Source of the DNA: an uncultured Bacteroidales bacterium
GTDB taxonomy: Bacteria > Bacteroidota > Bacteroidia > Bacteroidales > P3
Direction of reading: 5' to 3'
DNA: 64,000 nucleotides
NCBI GenBank assembly: GCA_905234665.1
Contig: CAJOIV010000008.1
Coordinates: 1,799 to 65,798 of the forward strand
Below the pieces are notes generated by a model. It had not been told where the DNA came from, did not search any database, and was given only the letters and a program-made list of their open reading frames with translations. Every line of letters begins with the position of its first letter. The stretch's first letter is position 1. Below, piece by piece: positions 53,264 to 62,806 of the stretch. A program made the position numbers and the translations under genes.

Positions 53264-55813
53264 ATGAAGAAGACGCTCCTGCTCCTATCGTTGACCTTCC
53301 TGTTCTGCCTGCCATGGGCGGGACAGGCACAGGTGACTATCGGCGACTACGATATAGACTACCTCACCCCCAAGCAGTATGAGATTGGCGGCATCACCTT
53401 CGAGGGTGCCGAGAACTACGACACCCGAATGATCCTCCTTGTGGCCGGCCTGCAGGTGGGCGACAAGATACAGGTGCCGGGCGACAAAATCTCCACCGCC
53501 ATCGACCGCCTCTGGAAGCAGGGACTCTTCGAGGATATCCAGATTTATGTCACCCGCATCCAAGGCAACAACATCTTCTTGGAGATCGCCCTGAAAAGCC
53601 GTCCCAAGATGTCGCGCTTCGAAATCCTCGGCGTGAAGAAGAGCGACGTGGACAAACTGCGTGAGGAGATGAAGATCGCGGCTGGCGACGTGGTCACCGA
53701 GAATATGCTCACCACCTCGCGCAACCGTATCCGTGCCTACTTCATCGAGAAAGGTTACACCAATGTCGATGTCACCACCTCGACCCGTGTGGATACCCTT
53801 GGAGGCGCCAAAGACGGCCGTGTCTATGTCTCTTTCGACGTGAAACGGGGCAAACGCGTGAAGATCGACTCCGTCATTATCGAGGGCAACAAGCAGGTGA
53901 GCACCAACAAGCTACTCCAGCAGATGAAGAACACCCACGACGTGAACTACTTCAAGAAAGGCTACTTCTGGACCTCGGCGTTCTGGAAACGCTCGAAATA
54001 CCAAGAGGCCAAGTTCGCCGAAGACAAAGAGAGCATCCTTACCTACTATAACGAGAATGGTTTCCGCGATGCCCGCATCACCTTCGACACCGTCTACCAG
54101 GTGGCTTCCGACGACCTCAACATCAGCGAGAGCAAGAAGGAAAAACAGGACCGTCTGATAGTCCGTCTGAAAATCCATGAGGGCAACAAGTTCTCCTTCC
54201 GCAACATCTCGTTCACGGGCAACACCGTATACCCCTCCGACATGCTGTCGCGTCACCTGCGCATCGAGAAGGGCGACCCCTACAACCGCACCCTGTTGGA
54301 CCAGAACCTGAAATACAATCCCTCGGGAACCGACATCACCTCGCTCTACATGGACAACGGCTACCTCTTCTTCTCGGCCACCCCTGTCGAGGTGGGCGTG
54401 GAGAACGACTCGATAGACATCGAGATACGCATCGTCGAGGGCAAGCAGGCCCGCGTCCGCAACGTCATCGTGGAGGGCAACACCATCACCAACGACCGCG
54501 TCATCATGCGTGAGTTGCACACCCGTCCCGGCGACCTCTTCAGCCGCGACGCCATCATGCGCAGCCGCCGCGAACTCGTCACCCTCGGCTACTTCAAGGA
54601 GGAGAAGGTCATCCCCGATGCCAAGCCCAACCCGCAGGACGGCACCGTCGACATCATCTACAAGGTCGAGGAGGGCTCCACCAGCCAGATACAGTTGCAA
54701 GGCGGCTACGGCAGCGGCATGCTTATTGGTCAAGTGGGACTCACGCTGAACAACTTCTCGGCCCGCAACATCTTCAAGAAGAGTGCCTGGCAGCCCCTCC
54801 CCGCGGGCGACGGACAGAAACTCTCCATCAACGCGGTGACCAACGGCACCTACTACTACGCTATCAGCGGCTCTTTCACCGAGCCCTGGCTGGGTGGCAA
54901 ACGTCCCCAATCGCTCAGCGTGGCGCTTTACCATAACCTCTTCAGCAATGGCTACTGGGCCAAGCAAGGCTCCTCCAATTACTACAGTCTCCGCCTGACG
55001 GGTGGATCTGTCTCCCTCACCCGTCGCCTGAAGTGGCCCGACGACTACTTCATCATCTCCCACAGCCTCTCCTACAAGCATTACCTGCTCGACAACTACT
55101 CCTATCTGGCGGGCAACCTCTTCACCACCGGCAAAGCCAACGATGTCTCCTACGGCTTGACGCTCAGCCGCAACTCCGTCGACTCGCCCATCTATCCGCG
55201 CAACGGTTCCGAGTTCTCCATCGCGGGCTATTTCACGCCGCCCTATTCCACCCTCAACGGCAAAGACTATTCCAACGCCTCGGCGCAGGACAAATTCCGG
55301 TGGGTTGAGTACTACAAGGTCAACATGCGAGGCTCATGGATGATGAATCTCGTGGGCGACGTGGTGCTCAACACCCGATTCCGTTTTGGCTGGATGGGAT
55401 ACTACGACAAGAACATCGGCCTCTCGCCCTTCGGCCGTTACTACCTGGGCGGCGACGGCCTCACCACTTGGACTATCAACGGCAACGAGGTCATCCCGCT
55501 GCGCGGTTATGAGAACAACTCACTCAATCCCAGTGACGGCGGTGCCGTGTTTGACCGGTTCACTGTAGAGTTGCGCCAGCCTATCATCGAGAGCAACAAC
55601 ATGACCATTTACGTCCTTGGGTTCCTCGAAGGCGGTAACTGTTGGGGCGACATCAAAGAATTCCAGCCCTTCCAGATGTACAGTTCGGCCGGTGCAGGCG
55701 TGCGCTTCTTCATGCCCATGCTCGGCCAGTTCGGCATCGACTGGGGCTATGGATTCAATGGAACCCGTGGCGGCTCCCACTTCCATTTCAGCATAGGACA
55801 AAGCATAGACTAA
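53264..55813 (+). CDS. bamA: Outer membrane protein assembly factor BamA
   Basis: 849 aa. Signal peptide, POTRA-like repeats, C-terminal barrel ending ...HFHFSIGQSID. Lies in uppS-bamA-ompH synteny. Confidence 0.93.
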   Translation: MKKTLLLLSLTFLFCLPWAGQAQVTIGDYDIDYLTPKQYEIGGITFEGAENYDTRMILLVAGLQVGDKIQVPGDKISTAIDRLWKQGLFEDIQIYVTRIQGNNIFLEIALKSRPKMSRFEILGVKKSDVDKLREEMKIAAGDVVTENMLTTSRNRIRAYFIEKGYTNVDVTTSTRVDTLGGAKDGRVYVSFDVKRGKRVKIDSVIIEGNKQVSTNKLLQQMKNTHDVNYFKKGYFWTSAFWKRSKYQEAKFAEDKESILTYYNENGFRDARITFDTVYQVASDDLNISESKKEKQDRLIVRLKIHEGNKFSFRNISFTGNTVYPSDMLSRHLRIEKGDPYNRTLLDQNLKYNPSGTDITSLYMDNGYLFFSATPVEVGVENDSIDIEIRIVEGKQARVRNVIVEGNTITNDRVIMRELHTRPGDLFSRDAIMRSRRELVTLGYFKEEKVIPDAKPNPQDGTVDIIYKVEEGSTSQIQLQGGYGSGMLIGQVGLTLNNFSARNIFKKSAWQPLPAGDGQKLSINAVTNGTYYYAISGSFTEPWLGGKRPQSLSVALYHNLFSNGYWAKQGSSNYYSLRLTGGSVSLTRRLKWPDDYFIISHSLSYKHYLLDNYSYLAGNLFTTGKANDVSYGLTLSRNSVDSPIYPRNGSEFSIAGYFTPPYSTLNGKDYSNASAQDKFRWVEYYKVNMRGSWMMNLVGDVVLNTRFRFGWMGYYDKNIGLSPFGRYYLGGDGLTTWTINGNEVIPLRGYENNSLNPSDGGAVFDRFTVELRQPIIESNNMTIYVLGFLEGGNCWGDIKEFQPFQMYSSAGAGVRFFMPMLGQFGIDWGYGFNGTRGGSHFHFSIGQSID

Positions 55814-55839
55814 TTGAGAATTGAAAATTGAAAATTGAG
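55812..55839. repeat. AATTGA(G/A) x4 tandem heptamers exactly filling the bamA-stop to ompH-ATG gap
   Basis: Read directly. TGA at 55815, 55822, 55829 and 55836. Confidence 0.9.
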
Positions 55840-56490
55840 ATGAGAAAACTCCTGTTCCTCTTGGTTCTTGCCTTTGGCCTCTTGCCTCAACAGGCGCGGG
55901 CGCAGAAGTACGCCTGTGTCAATACCGACTATATCCTGAAGAATATCCCCGATTATGTGACGGCCATGAACAAGTTGGCCAAGTTCACCGAGGAATGGCA
56001 GACAGAACTTGCAGGGAAGCAGCAAGAGGTCGATGAACTGCGCGAGCAATACCAGCAAGAGGCCTACCTACTGCCCGACAACCTCAAGCAGCGCCGACAG
56101 GACGAGATACGCGCCAAGGATGCTGAGTTGCGTGCCTTGCAGCGCCAGCGTTTCGGCGCGGGCGGCGACCTCGACAAGAAGCGTGCCGAACTCATGCGTC
56201 CCGTGCAGGAACGCCTCTACAATGCCATCGAGCGTGTGGCACGCGAGAAGAACTATGCCTTTGTCTTCGACAAGGCCTCCGGGTCGACGGTCGTCTATGT
56301 CTCCGAGAAGTATGACATCAGCAACCAAGTGCTGGAGATGCTGGGGGTGAAACCCGGTCAGGCGCAACAGTCTGGTGCCAGTTCCCCGTCGGGCGGCGGC
56401 AAGTCCAACGCCTCTGCCACCCCGTCGGGCAGCAAACCCTCGGGAGATGTCGCCCCGGCAAAGAAATCAGAAGAAGAGAAGAAAAGATAA
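55840..56490 (+). CDS. OmpH/Skp-family periplasmic chaperone
   Basis: MRKLLFLLVLAFGLLPQQARAQKYACVNTDYILKNIPDY..., coiled-coil middle, position after bamA. ATG at 55840 preferred over the TTG at 55828, which lies inside the repeat. Confidence 0.85.
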   Translation: MRKLLFLLVLAFGLLPQQARAQKYACVNTDYILKNIPDYVTAMNKLAKFTEEWQTELAGKQQEVDELREQYQQEAYLLPDNLKQRRQDEIRAKDAELRALQRQRFGAGGDLDKKRAELMRPVQERLYNAIERVAREKNYAFVFDKASGSTVVYVSEKYDISNQVLEMLGVKPGQAQQSGASSPSGGGKSNASATPSGSKPSGDVAPAKKSEEEKKR

Positions 56491-56521
56491 TCACACAATA
56501 AACAAACAAGAAACTACCACA

Positions 56522-57034
56522 ATGAAAAAAGCATTTATCGTAGCACTCGTGGCGATGCTGGCCTTTGGCGGCAATGCCATGGCTCAGAAGACCATCAAAC
56601 TGGGACACATCAACTCCAATGAACTGATGCAGATCATGCCCGGCCGCGACTCGGCCCAGGCTGCCCTCCAGAAAGAGGTCGAGGACCTCCAGGCCGACAT
56701 GGAGGCCATGAAGAAAGAGTACGAGACCAAGGTCAACGACTATATGGCCAAGCGCGACCAGCTCTCGGAACTCATCCGCAAGAGCAAGGAAAGCGACCTG
56801 CAGGCCATGGCCTCCCGCATCGAGGAGTTCCAGGCCAACGCCCAGAAGCTGCTCGAAGAACGTCAGGAAGCTCTCCTGAAGCCCATCGTCGACCGTGCCA
56901 AGAAGGCTATCGAAGAGGTCGGCAGGGAGAACGGCTACACCTATATCTTCGATGCCGGTGTGGGTGCCGTCCTCTATTCGCAAGACAGCGACGACATCAT
57001 GCCCCTCGTCAAGAAGAAACTGGGCCTGAAGTAA
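56522..57034 (+). CDS. OmpH/Skp-family periplasmic chaperone (second copy)
   Basis: MKKAFIVALVAMLAFGGNAMAQKTIKLGHINSNELMQIMP... The track ORF extends upstream into the previous gene. Confidence 0.85.
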   Translation: MKKAFIVALVAMLAFGGNAMAQKTIKLGHINSNELMQIMPGRDSAQAALQKEVEDLQADMEAMKKEYETKVNDYMAKRDQLSELIRKSKESDLQAMASRIEEFQANAQKLLEERQEALLKPIVDRAKKAIEEVGRENGYTYIFDAGVGAVLYSQDSDDIMPLVKKKLGLK

Positions 57035-57062
57035 GCCGTTGTTATTGCGGTCGGCTCACAAT

Positions 57063-58799
57063 ATGATGCGCCCCAAAGCCATCTTACTGCTCTCCGTCAC
57101 TGCGCTGATTGCCGGCGTGGTGGCGGGGTGTGCCAAACAGGGATACCCATCGGGCGGCCCGGTAGACCGCACGCCTCCCCGCGTATTGTCGGCCACCCCT
57201 CCCAATGGAACCAACAACTTCAAAACAAACACGTTCACCCTCCAGGTGGATGAGTATGTGTCCATCAAGGATGCCGACAACAACATCCTGGTGTCGCCAC
57301 CTATGAAAGTGAAGCCAGAATATACCGTGCGTGGCCATAAAGTCATTGTACGCATGGAAGATACCCTTCTGGACAATACCACCTATCTGTTCCAGTTCAA
57401 GGGTGCCATTGTCGACTTCACCGAGGGCAACGCCCTGCAGTCTTTCGAGTATGTCTTCTCGACAGGCGAAAGCATTGACAGCATGACTCTTCGGGGTCGT
57501 GTTGTGGACGCCTTGACGCTGAAGCCCTCCAAAGAGACCATCAGCGTTTTGGCCTATGACGAAAAGGCGGCAGACTCGGCTGTGGTCCTGGAGCAGCCGC
57601 GTTACTTTACGCGGTGCGACACTGGCGGATACTTTACGTTCAACCACATAACGGCAGGCAGGTATCGACTCCTCGCCCTTGTGGATGGCGACCGCAATCT
57701 GCGCCTCAATCCCGGCGAGACTATGGCATTCCTCGACTCAGCGGTCACCGCTGTGCCGATGCCCAAGCCCCAAGACACTACGGCAAAAGACTCTACCCTG
57801 TTGGATAGCACAGCACACTATGATTATATCAAGCCTGACGGCATCCCTGTGCATTTTATGCGCGCCTCTCTTCTGAAGGTGGAACAACAACGTGTGACCG
57901 GGAGCAAAGCCCTTTCGTCAGGTCACTTCCAGATTGTCACCAAGAACCCCCTCTCGCCACGGTACAGTCTTACCCTGATGTCAGACACTACGTCGAGTCT
58001 TTTTGTCGCCATGAGCCCTAAGGCCGACAGCCTCGATGTGTGGACTGCCACGCAGAAACTCGACTCTGTCGTGCTGCTGTTGACGGACGACACTCTGTTG
58101 CGTGACACGCTCACCCTGCAATACCACAGACGAGCCTCAGCCAAACGTGCTGCCACCACAGAGCCTGAACGGTTGAAGGTGCAAAGCCTGGTGGCGCAGA
58201 ACCATCCCTATTACGACACCCTGCGTCTGCGTCTGGGTACTCCCGTGGTGGCTGCGGACACGGCACCTGTTGTCACAGTGATGGACCTTGGCGACAGTAC
58301 CGTGTGCCGATGCCCACTGCAACTCCTGTACGACCCTCGGGGCGACTCCTCGTTTGCCATGACAGCCATGATTGACTTCCATGGAGTGGCAGGAGGTCGC
58401 TACAAGATAACGATTCCGGAGGCGATGACAGACATCTATGGCAGTACCAACGACTCACTCGTCATCAACACTACCTACACCAAACCCGAGAACTATGGCG
58501 GCATCACGCTGACTGTGGATACCAAACGCATCGCCCCGGGCGGCTTGCTGTTGGTGCAGTTGCTGAACGAGAAAGGCGACATGGTGCGCCAGGTCACTCT
58601 TGCTGCGTCGGGGACAGCGGAATTCCCTCATCTCAAGGGGGGAAAATACACTATCCGTCTGGTGAATGATGCCGATGGCGACGGACAATGGACCCCTGGC
58701 GACTACTGGTCGGGACGACAGCCCGAAGAGGTGGTCTATACGGGCAAAGTGCTCGAGTTGCGCGAGAATTGGGAGATGACGGAGCGATTCCACTGGTAG
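57063..58799 (+). CDS. Ig-like (SbsA-type) domain lipoprotein
   Basis: Lipobox LIAGVVAGC, then PPRVLSATPPNGTNNF... (Big_5-like N-domain). Start at the ATG at 57063. Confidence 0.6.
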   Translation: MMRPKAILLLSVTALIAGVVAGCAKQGYPSGGPVDRTPPRVLSATPPNGTNNFKTNTFTLQVDEYVSIKDADNNILVSPPMKVKPEYTVRGHKVIVRMEDTLLDNTTYLFQFKGAIVDFTEGNALQSFEYVFSTGESIDSMTLRGRVVDALTLKPSKETISVLAYDEKAADSAVVLEQPRYFTRCDTGGYFTFNHITAGRYRLLALVDGDRNLRLNPGETMAFLDSAVTAVPMPKPQDTTAKDSTLLDSTAHYDYIKPDGIPVHFMRASLLKVEQQRVTGSKALSSGHFQIVTKNPLSPRYSLTLMSDTTSSLFVAMSPKADSLDVWTATQKLDSVVLLLTDDTLLRDTLTLQYHRRASAKRAATTEPERLKVQSLVAQNHPYYDTLRLRLGTPVVAADTAPVVTVMDLGDSTVCRCPLQLLYDPRGDSSFAMTAMIDFHGVAGGRYKITIPEAMTDIYGSTNDSLVINTTYTKPENYGGITLTVDTKRIAPGGLLLVQLLNEKGDMVRQVTLAASGTAEFPHLKGGKYTIRLVNDADGDGQWTPGDYWSGRQPEEVVYTGKVLELRENWEMTERFHW

Positions 58800-58809
58800 A
58801 CTTGGACCC

Positions 58810-60273
58810 ATGCCTATGCTGCAAAAGAAACTTGTCTCTGGACTCTTCTGGGTATTGCTTCTCAATCTCATCGTCAAGCCCTTCTGGATATTGGGCATTG
58901 AGGTGGGTGTCCAGAATGCTGTAGGGGCTACGGCATACGGATTCTACTTTGCCATATTCAACCTTGCCTACATCTTCAATATCCTGCTTGATGTAGGCAT
59001 CACCAACTATAACACCCGCAACATCGCCCGCCACCCCCAGCTGATAGAGAAACACCTGTCGGGAATCCTGACGGTAAAACTCATGTTATTAGCGCTGTAC
59101 GCGGTGGTCACCTTCAGCGTCGGACTGCTGTTGGGCTACGGCTCGGTGCAGTTCCGTCTGCTGGCGGTCCTGTGCTTTAACCAGTTCCTTAACTCGTTGA
59201 TTCTATACCTCCGCAGCAACTTCGAGGGCCTCCTGCTCTTCCGTTGGGACAGTGTCATCAGTGTCCTCGACCGCGTCTTGATGATTCTCATCTGTGGCGC
59301 GATGCTCTGGTGGCCGGAGGCCACTCTCGGCAGCACACCGTTCACCGTCTTCCATTTCGCCTACGCCCAGACGGCGGCCTATCTGGCCACGGCGCTGGTG
59401 GCCTTGGCCGTTCTGGTGCGGCGCACGGGACTGCGGAGGCTGCGCTTCAACCGACTCTTCTCGTTGGCGGTGCTGAAGCAGTCGCTGCCTTTCGCCTTGC
59501 TGGTGTTGCTCATGGCTTCCTACAACCGTATAGACCCCCTACTGCTACAACAGTTGCTGCCTGATTCCATGGCAGATACCGAGGTGGGTGTCTATGCCAG
59601 TGCTTTCCGCCTGCTGGATGGATTGACGATGATAGCCTATCTGGTGAGTATACCCTTGCTGCCTGTATATGCCCGTCTTACAAAAGATGGGGACAAGACC
59701 GAGTTGGCCGATACCACGCGATGGGTATTCTCGTTGATGATGGTCTTTGCTGTGACTGCCGCCGTCACCCTTTCCTGCAAGGCAGAGCCGCTGATGGAAC
59801 TCCTCTACGACGAGCATCAGGGAGCCTCGGCGCAGGTCTTCCGTGTGCTGGTATATGGTATCATCCCTATTGGGACCACCTATGTCTTCGGCACCCTGCT
59901 GACGGCTGCCGGAAGGCTCAAGGTGCTGAACTTGTTGGCTTGTGGCGCATTGGTGGTGGGAGTGGTGGCCAACCTGCTGCTCATCCCCCGCCACGGGGCA
60001 CTGGGATCGGCTTGGGCCAGTCTCACAGCCCAGAGTCTCATGGCTGTAGCCCAAGTCGTTGCCGCCCTGCACATCTTCCGCATGAGAATTATGCTCTCGT
60101 ATATACTAAAACTATTCCTTTTTACGTTATGGACAATAGCCGTCAACATGATTCTTCCCGCAATGCCGTGGTGGGGAACCTTGCTGGTGGCCGGTGTGGC
60201 AGCACTGGCGGCAGCCATCCTCTTGGGATTGCTGGACATACGCCATCTGCGCGCCTTGTTGCGAAACGAATAA
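58810..60273 (+). CDS. MOP-superfamily oligosaccharide/polysaccharide flippase (Wzx/MurJ-like)
   Basis: 487 aa with about 12-14 hydrophobic segments. Typical N-terminus LVSGLFWVLLLNLIVKPFWILGIE. Confidence 0.75.
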   Translation: MPMLQKKLVSGLFWVLLLNLIVKPFWILGIEVGVQNAVGATAYGFYFAIFNLAYIFNILLDVGITNYNTRNIARHPQLIEKHLSGILTVKLMLLALYAVVTFSVGLLLGYGSVQFRLLAVLCFNQFLNSLILYLRSNFEGLLLFRWDSVISVLDRVLMILICGAMLWWPEATLGSTPFTVFHFAYAQTAAYLATALVALAVLVRRTGLRRLRFNRLFSLAVLKQSLPFALLVLLMASYNRIDPLLLQQLLPDSMADTEVGVYASAFRLLDGLTMIAYLVSIPLLPVYARLTKDGDKTELADTTRWVFSLMMVFAVTAAVTLSCKAEPLMELLYDEHQGASAQVFRVLVYGIIPIGTTYVFGTLLTAAGRLKVLNLLACGALVVGVVANLLLIPRHGALGSAWASLTAQSLMAVAQVVAALHIFRMRIMLSYILKLFLFTLWTIAVNMILPAMPWWGTLLVAGVAALAAAILLGLLDIRHLRALLRNE

Positions 60274-60284
60274 ACCGAGATATA

Positions 60285-60995
60285 ATGAAAAGACTCTTTA
60301 TCCTCTTCCTCACCCTCTGCAGTCTGGCACTGCCGGCGGCACGGGCACAACTGTACATAGGTCTGCACGGCGGCGCGACATTGCCCACGGGCTATTATGC
60401 CGACTCGAAACTGGCCGACGGCGAGTGGATGCTGCAGGGCACCAACCAGATGAAAGTGGGGGCCGGGGCAGGATTCTCCGCAGGTCTCGACGTGGCTTAC
60501 GCCATGCCCTTCCTCACCGACCTCAGCGTGATTGTCGAAGCCGAATTCATGCAGAGCGAACCCAACAAAGACGTGAAGGAATGGCACAGCAAGCACGGGA
60601 CAGAGGACGAATACACCCTGCCGAAATACAGGAACATCCCCATCCTGGCGGGTGTGCGCTACAGTTACCCCATCGGCAAGTACTACGACCTCTTTGGCGA
60701 GGTGTTGGGGGGCGTCAACATTCGCACCATCACGCCCTACGTCTGGGGTGCCAGGACCAATACCTACGACAACGCCACGACCATGGCGTTCCGCATCGGT
60801 GCCGGCATCGTGGTACGCGACATGGTAACGCTGGGTGCCGGATTCACCAGCCTGGGCAAGGCACCGCTGACGGGCGACTACTACAGCGCGGCCGATCAGA
60901 AGTACAACATCGTCAAGGCCACGATGGTGACCGTCTCACTCGGATTCCGCATCAACGTCATGAAGGGTCTCACCCGCAACGTTCAGGACTATTGA
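60285..60995 (+). CDS. Small outer-membrane beta-barrel (OmpW/porin_4-like) protein
   Basis: MKRLFILFLTLCSLALPAARAQ, followed by alternating strands. The first 188 codons of the track ORF 59721..60995 overlap the flippase gene off-frame. Confidence 0.7.
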   Translation: MKRLFILFLTLCSLALPAARAQLYIGLHGGATLPTGYYADSKLADGEWMLQGTNQMKVGAGAGFSAGLDVAYAMPFLTDLSVIVEAEFMQSEPNKDVKEWHSKHGTEDEYTLPKYRNIPILAGVRYSYPIGKYYDLFGEVLGGVNIRTITPYVWGARTNTYDNATTMAFRIGAGIVVRDMVTLGAGFTSLGKAPLTGDYYSAADQKYNIVKATMVTVSLGFRINVMKGLTRNVQDY

Positions 60996-61047
60996 AAATT
61001 GAAAATTGAAAACTCAAACATTCACACATTGAAACATTCACACATTT
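60991..61047. repeat. ATTGAAA x3 (+ACTCAAA) heptamers, followed by AAACATTCACACATT(G/T) x2
   Basis: Read directly. TGA at 60993 (the upstream gene's stop), 61000 and 61007. Confidence 0.9.
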
Positions 61048-62729
61048 ACCCCCTCGCTTCCGCCGTCCTGGCACTCCTCCTCTGCTGGACAGTGCCGGCA
61101 ACGGCCTGCACCAACCTCATCGTCAGCAAAGGAGCCTCAGCCGACGGCAGTACCTTCATCACATACGCCGCCGACAGCCACACCCGATACGGACAACTGC
61201 GTTATCATGCCGGCGGGAGCCACCCGATGGGCGAGACCGTCAAGCTCTATAACTACGGCAGTCTCAAGTTTCAGATTGAGATTCCGCAGGTGCCGTATAC
61301 CTACCGCGTGGTGGGCTTCATCAACGAGCATCAGCTGGCCATCGGCGAGACCACCTGGGGCGGCATCAAGCCCCTCGACAAGGGCAACGCCGAGGGCATC
61401 GACTACGGCAACCTCATCTACCTCGCCCTGCAGCGCGCCCGCGACTGCCGCGAGGCCATCCAGGTGATGGCCCAGCTGGTGGAGACTTTTGGCTACAGCG
61501 ACGGTGGCGAGAGTTTCTCCCTGGCCGACCCCAACGAGGTGTGGATCTTCGAGATTACCAGCAAGGGCCACTTCGAGAAGGGCGCTGTGTGGGTGGCACG
61601 CCGCGTGCCCGACGGCTATATCTGCGGCCACGCCAACCAGGCCCGTATCACCACCTTCCCGCAGGAGCCCGCCAAATGGAAGAAGAATGCGCCGCATCCC
61701 GCCATCAGCAGCAAGCATCTGGAGTATATCTTCAGTCCCGAGGTGGAATGCGTCTACAGCGCGGATGTGGCCACCTTCGCCCGCAAGCAGGGCCTCTTTG
61801 ATGGCAAGGATGCCGACTTCTCCTACGCCGACACCTACAACCCCTTAACCTTCTCGGGTCTCCGTGCCTGCGAGGCCCGCGTGTATGCCATGTTCAACCG
61901 CTGTGCCGACGGGATGAAGAAATACGAGGCTTTCGCCATGGGCGACAAGAACGCCGAGCGGCTGCCCCTGTGGGTGAAGCCCAACAGGAAACTCGCGGTA
62001 CACGACGTGATGGAGCTGATGCGCGACCACTTCGAGGGGACCCCCATGGACATGACACAGGATGTGGGCGCAGGCCCCTTCCATTGTCCCTATCGTTGGC
62101 GGCCCATGGACTTTGAGGTCGACGGCAAGAAGTACGTCCATGAGCGCGCCATCAGCACCCAGCAGACGGGATTCTCCTTCGTGGCCCAGTGCCGCTCGTG
62201 GCTGCCCAATCACGTGGGCGGCATCCTCTGGTTCGGCGTCGACGACACCTACAGCACCTGCTACTGCCCCATGTTCTGTGCCATCGACAGCGTACCCCTC
62301 TGCTTCCGCGAAGGCAATGGCTCGATGAGCAAGTACTCACCCACAGCGGCATTCTGGCTCTTCAACCGCGTGAGCAATTTCTGTTACCTGCGCTACGATG
62401 CCATGATTCAGGATGTCCGCCGGGTGCAGCAATCCTACGAGAACTATTTCATCTCCCGCGTGGAATGGCTGAAGGGAGATTATACAAAGGAACAGGCCAC
62501 GGCCCTCAGCAACCGCCTTGCACAAGAGATGATGGACGGATGGAACGCCCTCGACCAGCTGCTGCTGACGAAGTACATCGACGGCAACATCAAGCACACC
62601 GACAAGGACGGCAATATCGAGACCACCGAGACAGGCGTTGTCCGCTACCCCAGCCAGCCCAAATACCCCGACTGGTTCTACCGCCAGATAGTCAACGACC
62701 ACGGCACCGTGCTGGAAGTGAAAGAATAA
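60999..62729 (+). CDS. C69-family dipeptidase
   Basis: Signal peptide ending ...PATA, followed by CTNLIVSKGASADGSTFITYAADSH (N-terminal Cys nucleophile of C69/Ntn dipeptidases). There is no upstream ATG, so the start is uncertain (TTG at 60999 or at 61029). Confidence 0.85.
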   Translation: MKIENSNIHTLKHSHIYPLASAVLALLLCWTVPATACTNLIVSKGASADGSTFITYAADSHTRYGQLRYHAGGSHPMGETVKLYNYGSLKFQIEIPQVPYTYRVVGFINEHQLAIGETTWGGIKPLDKGNAEGIDYGNLIYLALQRARDCREAIQVMAQLVETFGYSDGGESFSLADPNEVWIFEITSKGHFEKGAVWVARRVPDGYICGHANQARITTFPQEPAKWKKNAPHPAISSKHLEYIFSPEVECVYSADVATFARKQGLFDGKDADFSYADTYNPLTFSGLRACEARVYAMFNRCADGMKKYEAFAMGDKNAERLPLWVKPNRKLAVHDVMELMRDHFEGTPMDMTQDVGAGPFHCPYRWRPMDFEVDGKKYVHERAISTQQTGFSFVAQCRSWLPNHVGGILWFGVDDTYSTCYCPMFCAIDSVPLCFREGNGSMSKYSPTAAFWLFNRVSNFCYLRYDAMIQDVRRVQQSYENYFISRVEWLKGDYTKEQATALSNRLAQEMMDGWNALDQLLLTKYIDGNIKHTDKDGNIETTETGVVRYPSQPKYPDWFYRQIVNDHGTVLEVKE

Positions 62730-62742
62730 CCCGCGTCAGCCA

Positions 62743-62787
62743 CTATAGACTCTATAGTCACTATAGATTCTATAGTTCCTATATCCC
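62743..62787. repeat. CTATAGNNN x5 tandem 9-mers in an intergenic gap
   Basis: CTATAG at 62743, 62752, 62761 and 62770; CTATAT at 62779. Confidence 0.85.
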
Positions 62788-62806
62788 ATAAAACCCCTCA
62801 AATAAC

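Noticed and set aside
59721-60284. N-terminal 188 codons of the track ORF 59721..60995
   Set aside because: This part overlaps the flippase gene in another frame and is Arg/Gly/Pro-rich junk. A clean signal peptide starts at the ATG at 60285, so only 60285-60995 was called.
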